Shown: piece after piece, positions 14,186-27,239 of the stretch
Layout of the letters: each line of letters begins with the position of its first letter
Numbering within the stretch: position 1 is the stretch's first letter
Source: Podarcis gaigeae
Lineage: Eukaryota
Length of the DNA stretch: 64,000 bases
Assembly (NCBI GenBank): GCA_964106915.2
Contig: OZ066914.1
Strand: one strand, 5' to 3'
Notes under the pieces: generated by a model
What the model saw: only the letters and a program-made list of their open reading frames with translations
The model's database searches: none
What the model was told of the DNA's origin: nothing
Position numbers and translations under genes: made by a program

Positions 14186-14705
14186 TATCTTGTTTGGAAG
14201 CCATTGTCAGCCCAAATGCATGGAACTCCTCTGTAACCAAAATTGACAACTTTATATATATATTGGAATGAAACAAAAAGTAACCTTTTGAGGGTTATTA
14301 CTTAGTATGTAGGATTTTCATGTTGCCAGCCCAACTTTTTCTGGGAAGATGAAATACAAACAATACAATATCTCAATATCAATTCTAGCCATTATTAAAG
14401 ACTGTGTATTTTATTCTCTTTAAGAAAGACAATTCATATATTTCCAGAATATCTAAGATGTCAAATTTTAACACCCTGAAGGAGGCAAGTTTGTTGTCTG
14501 TCTTGGTAAACCTTCTAATGTCTGAAGGGGAAATGGGAACCATGAGCTGGCAGTAGTTCCTCAATAGTTGGGTCCTCCTGTCAAAAATTACAATTTATCA
14601 CTGGGAGACATGTGATCTACAAACACCAAATTAATGTGTGCTGCACAAAGTCTAAATTGGCCACAATAAGCTCTAAAAATATGCTTAAGAAGGTATGGAA
14701 ATTGA

Positions 14706-14852
<147 letters not shown>

Positions 14853-16512
14853 TTAGGAATTTTGCTTTGCTGCCAACAGCAAAAAGGAAATGATTCCATA
14901 TGCAAAATAAAATCACTTTGGATTATGAGAAGATTTGTTATTGCAGATCAAGCAGCCTTATATTTCAGCCATAAATACTCAAAACATCGCCTTTCCTTAA
15001 CCATATAGCTTGTATTATGACTCTCCATATGGAAAACACTCAAAATCAATTAACTTCTCTGCCTGCAAAATGGTTCTCTTCAATAGAATTGCAGGCCTGG
15101 TGACCAGGCTGCTTTGTACTGGGATATGCTGTTATCTCAGACTTGCTATTTGTGAACAGTTTCTTCCAAATAACCCTCTATTTTCCAATGTTTCAGCAAG
15201 GGAGTCAATTATCAGGCTAGTAAATCTTATACAGCATTATTAAAATATTCAAGACCCATTAAGAATTGTATCCCACAGGTGCATAAGCAAAATACAGGTG
15301 CAAAAATACTATTTTTTTCTTCTGAAAGGCCTTTCCGGGCGCCTGAGGGGCCCTTCTGAAAAATGTTGGTTCTGGTTGTACAGGGCTGTATAGTGGAAAG
15401 GGGGAAGTGTCTATAATCAGGCTCATGCAAGATTCCTCAACCAAATTTCAGGTAATTTTTCCCTCCCCACTCCCACCCAACACAACACAGCCCACATTTT
15501 TCAGGAGACGTTTCCAACCCTCTGAGCTGCTGCACTTCCCAAAAGATTATCCAGAGGGGATGGAAAGAATGGATTGTGCAGGCTATCCTCTAGCCCTGTA
15601 TCCATGGTTTGGAAACCAATAAATATGCATGACAGAGTCTTAAGGCATTTATTCTAGACACCAAAAAAGTTTAAGAAAGGTTTCTTTCCTGATATTTTTG
15701 TCTCCAGATATATCTAGATAGTTGAAGGATACATCATTTTTTTATTTACATTCTCTTTACCTGTGGCAGTAGATAAATGAAGACAACAATAAAACTGACA
15801 AAGGTCGAAACCTTCTACAAATCACTTGGGAGAAAAGCCTAAGAAATATAAAAAGTATATTAATTTATGTGCTGTTCTGCTCGTTGTAAAATGAAATAAC
15901 ACAATGATAAATGCACTAAACAAAACAAACACTTGCACTGAAATCCTTGAAAGCAGACATTTGAAGGATAGAGGTAAATTATTTATAGCAGAATGCTAGC
16001 TAGATAACTGATTACAGATAAAGAATATGTACATAATTGGGCATAATATGGTGTGATTTGATACTTTAAAAACATTTTTGCACATGAATTGGAAGAATGT
16101 TTTTAGATTTTTTACATTTGCTAACATTGTGTTTGTTCATCTTAAAAATCTTTGAGGAATGTTGTTGGTTTTTTACAGTACAAAATTAATAACAAGTTTG
16201 ACTTGGTGCAATCTGTGATGACTTTGAGTGTGGAGTCTCTAGATAGCTAACATGACATGTTTTTGTTTTAAGTACTAATATGTTTAAATATCAAGCTAAT
16301 ATGTCAGAGTTTGTACATACTGGTCAGTATTTTCTAGTGTTTAGTAATGTTGCTTGTAACTTAATGGCTACATTCACATGTCATGCTAAACTATGGTCAA
16401 GTGTAACAACGACAAACCAGCGAGTGTTGGGCTTGCATGCTATTCCGTCCTCTTCTGGAGCAGCAAAGAGGAACAGCTCAAAAGCTTCCCACTCAAACTG
16501 TTTAGTCTTAAC

Positions 16513-16648
16513 CAGGCATCTCCAAACTCAGCCCTCCAGATGTTTTGGAACTACAATTCCCATCATCCCTGACCACGGGTCCTGTTAGCTAGGGATGATG
16601 GGAGTTGTAGTTCCAAAACATCTGGAGGGCTGAGTTTGGGGGTGACTG
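16513..16648. mobile_element. Palindromic hAT MITE (in probable SBF2 3' UTR)
   Basis: Near-complete self-complementarity; perfect 8-bp TSD GTCTTAAC. Confidence 0.9.
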
Positions 16649-17311
16649 GTCTTAACTGTAATTAGTAAAAACAAGGCAATTTGAACCCATATTTTACAAA
16701 GCTGGAGTATTTTCACTAATGATAGTTAATAGCAGGTACAGTTTAGAAACAAATGTGGTTGATGTAAAAGGGAAGAGGGAGTTTCATTCTGCTCAACACA
16801 AGTGTGCTAGAGGTGAGGAAGGGAGCATATTAGTCCAAGGCTCATTGTGGCTTTTCATTCTAACATCAAACCATGGTTTACAATCTCATGTGAACTGGGT
16901 CAACCAACTAACCAAACTGACTTCATTTATAGAATTTCAGTTACTGAAATTGTTTACCTTTTTTTAAAAAAAACCACTACTTTTTCTATATTTTTTTAAA
17001 GTAAATAGTGAATACAGATTTCACATTGTACTCAGACTAGGAAATACATCTGTTTTAAATACATTGGAATCCCAAAAACAAACAGGAATGAAGGATTTTT
17101 CTAGCATTTTCAGCCAATAAACCACCACCTATGAAAAATGGTGTTTGCACATTCATGTATTTTTCTTTGTATATGAAGTACTTTTATATGTACTTTGTAT
17201 AATTATTCTGTTCTATAGTTGTTTAAAATGTACACTACTTCTATGGTTGTAACTAGCCAATTTTAATTATTTTATGTATGTTACATAACTAGTATATGCT
17301 AACCAACTTGT

Positions 17312-17317
17312 AATAAA
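17312..17317 (+). terminator. Candidate SBF2 polyadenylation signal
   Basis: AATAAA preceded by a U-rich/TGTA-rich stretch. Confidence 0.5.
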
Positions 17318-18663
17318 GATACTTCTTAAGAAAGCATCCCTTCTTTCCTCTACCGAGTGGTATACAATAAATACCTTGCCTCATATAACTGTACAGTTAA
17401 ATTATATTCCAAATAACCCTGTAATAAAATTCATATTTTTATACAGGCAAGTGCCATCTTGTATGTGGAAAAGACTTGTTCTTAAGTGTGTTTTATCATT
17501 ATTAAACTCACAACATTCCATTACTACTACAGGCGGCCAGTAATATTTCACTATTATTACTTGCTTAGAAAAGTTGTGCTTCTGTATTAAGTGAATATAA
17601 AAAATAAAAATAAAAATCCACATGCAACATGAATATGGATACAATATACAAATGGCATGTTCAACAACAGTTAATGCTTGAGCCTTTTAGCACCAGAACT
17701 GCCATAGGAAGGCTTAGATATCTGGCATTTTCCGTTGTCTACAGGAAAATAGTTGGTTTAGGAGGCCTTTTCATTGAGTATTAATACTTCATCAAAAAAT
17801 TTATTCTAAGTATGCCCTCCAATTTATCTTTAAATGTGCCCAAAACACACTGTAATTTAGGGCACAGCTGCCAACAGCAAGATTTTGTGAAATTAATATG
17901 ATAAAAAATAGAGCAAGTAAATTATATAGCCCATAAACTGGTGACATTTTCTATTCAGTGCACTATTCTTGGGTTTCTTTGCATGCAATATAAGCATCTT
18001 ATGGTGGTAACCTTTGTACTTGTTTTGTTATTTTCCTAATGTTCAAATGTTTCACAATCTTTCACATCTCAGATATTAAATTTAATGTAGATAACATAAT
18101 TTTGAGTAGATTTTCTCATGAAGTGTTGGCAGCAGATGCAGAAGACGCTCAGACCATCTCCTCCGCATCTGCTGCTTGATTGTCACTTTGACCTGTGATG
18201 TTCTTGCATGACAGTTTGGCTCTGCAAAGGGGTTTGGTTTCCTAGAATGGCCAGCCAGCCCTGACCTGGCAGTTCCTAATAGCAGGCACCTTTATCTGCC
18301 TTAATCATCAGCTCCACAGGGACTCTGTAGGGTCGTCCTCAAACTAATGATTGCCTAGTTGGTTTGACTTGTTGATTGGGTTGATTCCTGGGTGAAAGGC
18401 CTAACCCAGTATTTTGATTGAGAGGCAGAGTGCTGGGAAATGGTGACCTGATAAGAGCATGGCAACCATTCATGGACACATCCACAAGATAAATGGCCGG
18501 TGGCAATGTGATCTGTTGGACCCTTCTTATTCAGGGTCCTGAGATTTGGAAGCGAATGTGTATGAGTCGAGATGTGAGACACAGTAGAGGAGAAGAGACT
18601 GATGGTGACCCTATACAAGTGACCACAGGTAGGGGGGCCATTGGGTGTATGGGTGATCTAGAT

Positions 18664-18799
18664 CAGTGTTTCCCAACCTTGTGCCTCCAGATGTTTTTGG
18701 CCTACAACTCCCATCATCCCTGACCACTGGTCTTGCTAGCTAGGGATGATGGGAGTTGTAGGCCAAAAACATCTGGAGGCACAAGGTTGGGAAACACTG
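18664..18799. mobile_element. Palindromic hAT MITE
   Basis: TIR CAGTGTTTCCCAACC; perfect 8-bp TSD ATCTAGAT; same internal core as 16513-16648. Confidence 0.92.
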
Positions 18800-19539
18800 A
18801 TCTAGATGACTATACAGGCCATTCATTACAGGCACCTGGTGCCAACTGAGTTGGTGCTACTGTTTAGTTTTATTACAAATGAAGGAACCTGTCTAGCCTG
18901 TATTACTAAGACCTGGGTGAGTTGGGCAGAGTGGATTTGATTCAAGGTTTAACAGATATCTGGTGCAGCATCCACCTTGTTTGGAGGTCCAGAGAAGGGG
19001 AGTCTCTGTGGCCCATAGAGTTTGTGTCTTGTTCACCAGGAAGCCTTTCCATCCTGGGGTGGGCTACGAAGGCCTGTACCTTGGTAGCCTCAAGGTGTGG
19101 TGTTGGGAGAATTCCATGGCACTGGTTCTGGTAGCTCAATAGCTCTATCAAGTGTAGGGTAAGATCAAAACGTCATGTTCTCCATGAAATCCATGGGGCT
19201 GTTCAAAGTTGTCAGCAGCCCAATGCATAGGATGTCACATACATACCCTGATTTGGTCTTTACCTCAGGGTGTGAGGGGTGGTGGTCTGAATATGGGTGG
19301 AGAGGGAGAGGTTTGAATTAACCTTTGTCATGGTCAGACATGGTTATGTTTGGTCTTACATCATGTGTCTTCCTCCTACAGTTGTGAGGGGTCCTTCATA
19401 GTGTCCACTGCCAAAGACTTGTGGAATTAGAGGAAATTATTAATGCTTTGGGGGATTTTCCAGAAGTCAGAGCCCGCAATCCTGCTAAGACCTTCATTTT
19501 AGTATGGAATAGCAGCAATCCAGCTGCAAACACTCTTGA

Positions 19540-19770
19540 AGGAAGCTGATTATCTTGACGCATTTCAGTTTGGGTTCAAGCCCAGCTTTGAGACAAAACA
19601 GGCCTTGGATGGATGACCCTGTTTGTTTGTTTGTTTGTTTGTTTGTTTCACAACATAAAAATACATTACTTATCTCTCAGTGGCTTTCAATACACTGATC
19701 ATGGCATCCTCCTGAACTGTCTCTGTGAGTTAGGAGTTGGTGGCATTGTGTTGCTGTGGATCCCTAATTC
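19540..19770 (+). mobile_element. L2-type LINE RT remnant with a (GTTT)n insertion
   Basis: Degenerate YLDAFQFGFKPSFETKQAL...LSVAFN..DHGILL RT motifs. Confidence 0.6.
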
Positions 19771-20458
19771 TTTCTTTTGTTTTAAAATACTTTTATTATA
19801 CTGTTTTATATTGTATTGTTGTTTTAATGATATTGTTTATTGTTTTTAAAATCTCAAAGTGGTGTACAACACAAAAAGTATTAAATTGTTTATAAATGCT
19901 TTTACATAAAACAAAAAATAAATATTGTCCTGCCCCTTCCAGCATTAGTTTTTTTTGGGGGGGATTATTATGTTTCTATGTATAACTGGCTTTCTTGATT
20001 TTTCTTCTCACTTGCAGCATCCTGCTACATCACTATTCCACAGAAATTTCTCTCTCACACGTACACACACATATTTACAGGGCACATACACAACTAGTTT
20101 TTTTTATAAAAAAGATGGCAAACTGCAAAGTACTGTAAAGTCCACTTCACACATGACAGAGAACTATGAACTAGCTCTGCATGATAAGCCATTTGTTTGA
20201 GTGATTCCGTTCAGTATTCAGGTGAGTTTAACTGTGCTGTTTAAGCCCTTCTGATGTACATCCTAGTGCCCTAATCGCTGCACAGAAAAAAATGTTATTT
20301 TTTTAATTTAAAAGGTACATCCAGAATTAGAGCATACTAAAATGAATATGAAAGAGTGAGAGAACTAAAAACAGGAATGAAAATAGGAGACTGAGAAGGA
20401 AAGAGAGCAAATATAAAATGGGCTGCTTTGAAAAACAGCTGGAAAAGCAGGGGCTAAT

Positions 20459-20811
20459 TAAAAGGTAAAGGGACCCCTGACCCTTAAGTCCATTCGCAGA
20501 TGACTCCGGGGTTGCAGCGCTCATCTCGCTTTATTTGCCAAGGGAGCTGGCGTACAGCTTGTGGGTCATGTGGCCAGCATGACTAAGCCACTTCTGGCGA
20601 ACCAGAGCAGTGCATGGAAACACCATTTACCTTCCCGCCGGAGCGGTACCTATCTATCTAATTGCACTTTGACGTGCTTTCAAACTGGTAGGTTGGCAGG
20701 AGCAGGGAGCGAGCAACGGGAGCTCACCCTGTTGCAGGGATTCAAACCTCCAACCTTCCGACTGGAAAGCCCTAGGCTCTGTGGTTTAACCCACAGCGCC
20801 ACCCGTGTCCC
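20459..20811 (-). mobile_element. Sauria SINE
   Basis: Same family sequence as 6574-6940. Confidence 0.9.
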
Positions 20812-22275
20812 ATAGGTGCTAATTAGGAAGCACAAATTAGGAGCAACAATGTTAGAATGGAAACGTGCTACCTGGATATGTGAAATTATTGCTATAGGAG
20901 CAAAAGCTAATGAGTTTGTTTGAATTTATCTCATGTGTAAATTGCACTTTACAGATATAACAATACAGAAAGAGTGTTTGTATCACCTTGTATCTCTTCA
21001 GTTGCAAAGCCTGTTGTCAGATCACATCTTCAGCTCCAAGTCATTGTGCATGTGCTGGTCTAAGTCCTGCAAAATAGGCCCAAATACTGGCTTAGCATGC
21101 TACTGTGACAACATCAATACATTATTTACAATGACATTTCACTTATTTTGCTTCACCGTCTCCATTTTCCAGCTGGAATAAAATAACTGCATCATTATAC
21201 TATGTGTGTCATACTAATCGATTTCCTCTTCCTATCTCAAGCACAGGATTGTCAGTAATTAATTGGAAACACAATAAGCAGACTTACAGCATCCTAAATC
21301 TGTGGATCAAAGTACACTAAATGCAAAAAGTTAACAGATGTGGGAGAAGTGGTTTAGGATAAAGTTTAGCATCACCATCTATGCATGTAATTTTCTTGTG
21401 CTTTGTTAGTATAGTGATTTCATTATTAACATTCCAATACGTACAACCCATCATAGCCAGGCAGTTATCTTTATTTGATCTTTAAGTGTCCTTGGGCTGA
21501 ATGCAAGTGACTGCACACAGTGTTCTTATTTTTCATATCTGCTATCATGCAAGAGTTTTGGCTCTTTATGGCTACCAAATGGTCACTTCAGAAAGTTGAA
21601 ATGCTGAGCTGGAATTTAAAAAATATATAAAAAATCCCTGTTCATTCCAGGAATAACTATCACACCTTCTACCTGGCCTGCTGCCACATGATGTTCATTT
21701 CTTTCCAAACATTTGGCTCCCATATGATCTAAAGTCTAGTTCTGTAACCACATTCTTAAGCAACAACACGATATTGCCATGTTCCACCCACCAATGTGCA
21801 TGGTTCCTAATATTGCATCCATATGAGAACATTACAGATGGTTAAAGTCCATTTTTGTAACTGCCACTGTGTGATGGTGCAGTACAACATATTTATCTAG
21901 ATCCTTTTGCAAATATTAAACCCCACTTTCACTTGGTGAACTTCAACCATTTTTACCTTTGACCTAGTTGAATCATCCTTCTTTGCTTTGCATTCTTTTC
22001 CCTGCGTTACATGATATTATTACATAAAAGCTTTATTTATGTGGCTAGCAAATAGATTGCCAAATAATTTTGGCTAATATTTAGATTTAGTGTCACTTAG
22101 AAAGGACTGCATTTTGACATTGTGTTATGTGGATGGAACATATCTGAGGCTGGCATTTAGCAGATGCAGGCTGGGCCAATAGGGAGTTGTTTTAATGGAC
22201 TATTTTAAATCTTTTTAAAATGATTACTTGTTTAAAATATGAACCTAAAATATGAACAGTAATGCAGAATCTACC

Positions 22276-22376
22276 TTGTTGTTTAGTCATTTAGTCGTGT
22301 CCGACTCTTTGTGACCCCATGGACCAGAGCACGCCAGGCACTCCTGTCTTCCACTGCCTCCCACAGTTTGGTCAGA
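22276..22376 (-). mobile_element. BovB (RTE) LINE 3'-end fragment
   Basis: (CAA) tail and the BovB 3' terminus shared with 35760-36305; TSD AGAATCTAC. Confidence 0.85.
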
Positions 22377-24051
22377 AGAATCTACTTACAATCACATTTA
22401 TTTTTTAGAGAAGAGCAGAGCAATCCACTCCCTGCTCCCCCACTTTATGCCAGACTTGGGAGTAGGGGCTGGCTTCAGCAGAGGTATCACTGCACTCAGC
22501 CCTCCTGGCCGAGCCGGACAGCCAACCTGAGTGATACAAACATCATCCCATCAAGGCTGATTTTCCTCCTGCCAAATACCGGTACCTTCCCTCTTTGGAG
22601 TATCTCCTGCAGAGCATTGAGGAAAGCCTCCATGTCTAAAACGTTGGCATCTTCTGTCTCGTGAGTCAACGAGTACACCTCCACCCAAACGGCTGCATTA
22701 GCAGCAATAAAGTGCCCTCCCCGGGACACAAACCTGGACAGTGTGTATGGAAGTCCTGGGCTGCCCAGACAACAAGACCCGCCCCCTGGCCTTGTTGGTG
22801 TGGTCCAAAGGAAAGCAGAGCAATACATTTGTTTTGTGTCCTGGTTTTGTTCTCATTTTTCTCCTTTTAAGCTTTACTTACGCTTTTTGAACTGTATGTA
22901 AAAACGCAAATAAAAATTACTTAAGAATTTTTTCCCCCAGGCTTTACATCTGAACCAGGCCCAAAACACATCTTTAATTATGTCAAACAGCACAGCTAGT
23001 AGCGTCCTATGGCAGATGGTCTTTATTTTAGGACAACTTGTGGCCCCAGCAAGCGAAGTGCCATGCAAGGACACTGGGAAAGCAAGGGGGCAACAGGAAC
23101 AAAAACCATGTATGATGTCTGACATGTTGTTTTGTGGGAAGCTCTCTTGGCAAACATTGCTACATTAATCAGGAATAAACTACCACTTTTGCTTTGCTGA
23201 TTCACAACCTTGTGTGGGTGTGTTAAGATATATACAAGAAGGTTTGAATCAACTTATTTTTCTGGAGTTGCATAAGATCTTGCATGTTTAACAGATCTGG
23301 GTCCAGAGATTTTCTTGAGATCCTTTTTACTATTAGTTTTATAATTGCACAAATTATGGCTTTCCTACTTTCTGTATTTTTCAGCCCATGCTTTATTTTT
23401 GTAAGTTTCTTCCAACTTTTCTGTGCAGAACATAGCTCCACCTTCCTTAGACAAACACCAGCTGTAAAGCACTGCTGCATACTTTGACCTGCGCTTGAAG
23501 ATAATACCAAAACATCCGTATTTGGAATTTTACAATTGAAAGACCCTGCAATGAACTTCCAATAAACTAAAAAAAATAAACAGAAGGATTACATTCTGAA
23601 TTGGGGCAAAATAGCAGATCAGGTTGCTTTTAAAGTTCTGGATGCATAAGCATGTGACCTGTCATAGCTACCACTTGTTGTCACACGGTTTCAAGCGGTC
23701 TATTTCCAAACCTTGGTGGGTGAGTAGTGAGCTATGGCATCTTCTAGTTCCTTTGGTCTTTATTTGATGAAATATCAAAAGCACTGAACATTTTCTTTTC
23801 TTGTCTACGGTTTAAAATAGCTTATAGTGATGACACTCACTTATATGAATTATCACTTCACTTTACTGAAAGTGAAGTTAGTTTCTCGGATAAATATTCT
23901 CTGGAGAGAGCAGATTCATACTCAGTGTGGGTCACTTCTATGTAGTTGGTCCCACGTTGCATTGCTAACAACTGAATCAGGAAGCCATTGGTAGCTTCCA
24001 CCTGCCCTTGTGAGATTGTCCTCCTAAGACTGACCTCTGGGGCAACCTAGT

Positions 24052-24509
24052 TGTCAGGAGCCAAGGCTGCCATTTTGATAACACAGCACACAAGTCGTAA
24101 TTAGCTTGAAGGTTTATTGCAATACAAACAATTAGCCTTGGATGTCTAACTTAGCATTTGCTTTACGAATCAGTTGACCCTTCTGGGGAATATTTCCAGG
24201 TTCTGCAGAATATCCTGAACCTATGACCCTTATACTTCCGGGTTTGTTTTCTGTCTAAGACCTTTCCCATACGTCTGTTCTTTGGGCTCCAGGGGTAAAT
24301 TAACTCCTCTTCCAGTGACAAAAAGCTACCCCTCCTGTTTTCCGAAGCTGCCTGTGCTTCTTGAGCGAGCTGACTTCTCTCCTCCCACTCTCTGCTGACA
24401 CCTTAACTACATTCCATTCTGTGTCGGGGGAGGGGAACTGCTCCCAGCTGTCTGACTGCTTCCAAACTCCTGCTGTGTTTCTCTGCTTGGGGCAGATGTG
24501 TTCATGACA
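24052..24509 (-). mobile_element. Gypsy-type solo LTR (older family)
   Basis: TGTCA...TGACA termini; 5-bp flanks ctagt/ctatt; minus-strand TATAA at 24230-24234 and AATAAA at 24113-24118. Confidence 0.65.
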
Positions 24510-24559
24510 CTATTCCTCGCAGTCATTTGACTGTAAGCTACAAGGGTAAAGAGTCTTGC

Positions 24560-24700
24560 AATGGTACCTCGGGTTAAGAACTTTGCTTCAAGATGAGAAC
24601 AGAAATTGCGTGGCTGGAGGCCCCCATTGGCTAAAGTGGTACCTCAGGTTAAGAACAGTTTCAGGTTAAGAATAGACTTCCAGAACAAATTAAGTTCTGA
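24560..24700. mobile_element. Truncated Tc1/mariner MITE
   Basis: Matches the internal part of 38099-38340. Confidence 0.75.
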
Positions 24701-25278
24701 CACTCTGAAGAACACAGTGTTACCCCTTTCAACTGGTTTCAGGTGGCATACTTGAAAACCTGGCAGATGATTCAAGAGACAGGGAAGGACAAATTTCCCC
24801 ATATTTGAACGATCTCGATAAGTAAGCTGCATTTTCATTGTGGCAGGTACTTGAGGAACCACCTTAGCCAGCCATGTCACCAGAAGGTCTTGGTACCAGA
24901 TGGATAACATCAAGACACATTAACTTGAGTCCCTTTTATTTGGCAGTATCAGAAATGTATGAGAAAATCATTTTTTTTCACTTCCTCCAGAAACTTTTAC
25001 AATAAACCTTTCAGCTGCTGCATAGAAACATTAAATTTTTGTCCTGATTCTTTATGGTCAAGAAATTGCCCTGGGGAAAACTTTATGTCCACTTTGTCAT
25101 AAATAAGGATAACCACATCCGGCAGTAGTGGACTCTTATGTTTTTTTAAACCAAGTATGCACTTAGAACAAATGACCTAATCATCTTCCCTGGCCTAGAC
25201 AAGTTATGGAGCTCCACAACTGAGCTGCATCATCTATATTGCCCACCCACCCCATGCTGTTTCCCAGTTCTGGTATTA

Positions 25279-25547
25279 CAGTGGTACCTTGCAAGACGAA
25301 TGCCTCGCAAGACGAATGCCTCGCAAGACGAAAAACGCGCAAGACGAAAGGGTTTTTCGTTTTTTTAGTTGCTTCGCAAGACGATTTTCCCTATGGGCTT
25401 GCTTTGCAAGACGAAAACGTCTTGTGAGTTTGCTTCCTTTTTCTTAAAGCCGTTAATACCCAGGGAATTCGCGCTCCGCAAGACGAAAAAATCGCAAGAC
25501 GAAACAACTTGCAGAACGAATTAATTTCGTCTTGCAAGGCACCACTG
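25279..25547. mobile_element. Tc1/mariner MITE with internal GCAAGACGAA repeats
   Basis: TA|CAGTGGTACCTTGCAAGACGAA...TTCGTCTTGCAAGGCACCACTG|TA. Confidence 0.88.
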
Positions 25548-26845
25548 TATTGATGTGAGACTCAACCAAAGAGGAGCAGTGCCTGAACTGCATTAAGTAC
25601 AACTGCAGCTGTACTTATGAAAAGTCCTTTATAATTTCCTCAGTCAGATCTTGGTGTCATATCCAATTCAAACATTCAAGTGTGGGAGATGTCCCATATA
25701 GGGCTACATCGCCTTAGGATGCATGTATATGGGATGCATATTGGAAAGTGTTCCCCATGTTAACATCTTCCTGAGCATGGAGAACTTTCATCACGAAAGC
25801 TTCTAGCCTCCCTTTTCATTGAGGGGTAAGCTTTCTAAAGCTTTCTGGGAGTTTTATTTTACTACAGCCTAGGAGTGGGGAACTTATGGAGGTCTAGATA
25901 TTGATAAACCAGAACTTCCATAAACCCTAACCATTAGCCATGGGTGGCTGTAGTTAATGGCAGCCAGAGTACAGAATTTAGAGGACCAGAGGTTGTCCAG
26001 CCCTGCTGCATACAGCTTTGCCACTGTCATTGTTATGTCCTACGTTTGGTGTCCTGGGGATGAATCCTTGCATACGTGTTCAACATTTGAGTACTGTCAA
26101 GTTATCGATGAAAAAACCACCACATATAAAACAACAAAGAAATCACCTGCCATCACTTCAGATGCACTGCCATTCATATATTTAGCTAAGCACCACTGAG
26201 ATAATGTGATAATCAAGCAACATTAAACACGTGTATAAATCAGTCCTAAATGGTATCCTTCATTTTATCCAGTCATGCAGCCAGGTGGACATTTAAGTGC
26301 TTAAACTCATTCATGGCAGCAAAGCTTGATATTTCAGAATACAGTATATCAGCAGTGAGCCCAAGAATCTTCAGTTCATACGTTCTTGGATACTGTTTTG
26401 TCTGTGTGATTCATGGGTTAAATATGACTTTCTGCCTGCCTGCTTCAAAGTTGTTTTCATCAAGGGGGAGCTGGGAGAGCATTTTGATCTCAATCATTTA
26501 CAATAGATGATGCCTGTCAACCTGTCAGACTCCCTTATTATCTTTCTATTATATTTTACCGATACCATCCTCTGTTACTACCAGGACCTGGCTTCAAGTA
26601 AGTTATGAGTAGTCCAGTTATACTGTTGTCTTCACTTCTTCCCCAATTCCAGGAAAACAAAAAGAGTTCTTTTTCTAAATAAACTAGAGTGGCAATTCCT
26701 CAAGGTTCGGAAATCTTTGTGACTGAATATCCAGCTGCCTCTAAAATTTATCACCTAAATCATCTGTAGCCAGACAGAAGATAGAAAACAAATGGTCTCG
26801 GGGAGGGAAACTGAGCTGCATACACTGTTTGGCAAAAACCAGGAT

Positions 26846-27239
26846 TAGGGCTGGGCGATATCTGGTTGTCAACATTGTGATGTATCAATAGCTAAATACC
26901 ACGATATGCTGATACATCATGATGTCTTAGCTGCTTCTTCACCCAGCCCTATTGAGCAAGCCCCAATGCTTCTCCAGCTCACGCAAGCCAGAGGGGCATT
27001 GGGGCTTTGTTAAACCACTCAGGGCGAGCCTCCATATCGCTCCACCTCAAGCAAGCTGTGTGGGGACTTGCAGAGTGAGCCTGAAAAGGTGCTTGCCCAG
27101 AACCTTCTTAGGCTCCATCTGCACCTTTGCCATCTGCAGGTAATTTAAGCTGCCACAATATACTGTATTGTCAGCTGAAAAACCTGTATTGGAATCTGGA
27201 CCCGTTTCAGACAATTTACCAATGCATCACCTAGCTCTA
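26846..27239. mobile_element. hAT-type non-autonomous element
   Basis: TAGGGCTGGGCGAT...ATCACCTAGCTCTA imperfect TIRs; 8-bp TSD accaggat/gccaggat. Confidence 0.7.

Larger units (their letters stand above)
14853..17340 (+). other. SBF2: Probable SBF2 3' UTR
   Basis: Follows the stop codon; AT-rich with several TGTA motifs before AATAAA at 17312-17317 (others at 17366 and about 17423). The 3' end is inferred. Confidence 0.55.

Noticed and set aside
21650-25200. Assigning the pseudogene to GREB1-like, dynein or viral L proteins
   Set aside because: Only short, weak resemblances (KSPLLPD; GNIVLLLKNV; TKMDFN) with no supporting family motifs elsewhere.
25290-25510. CRISPR-like array of GCAAGACGAA repeats
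   Set aside because: Short irregular subterminal repeats inside a TA-flanked MITE in a vertebrate genome.
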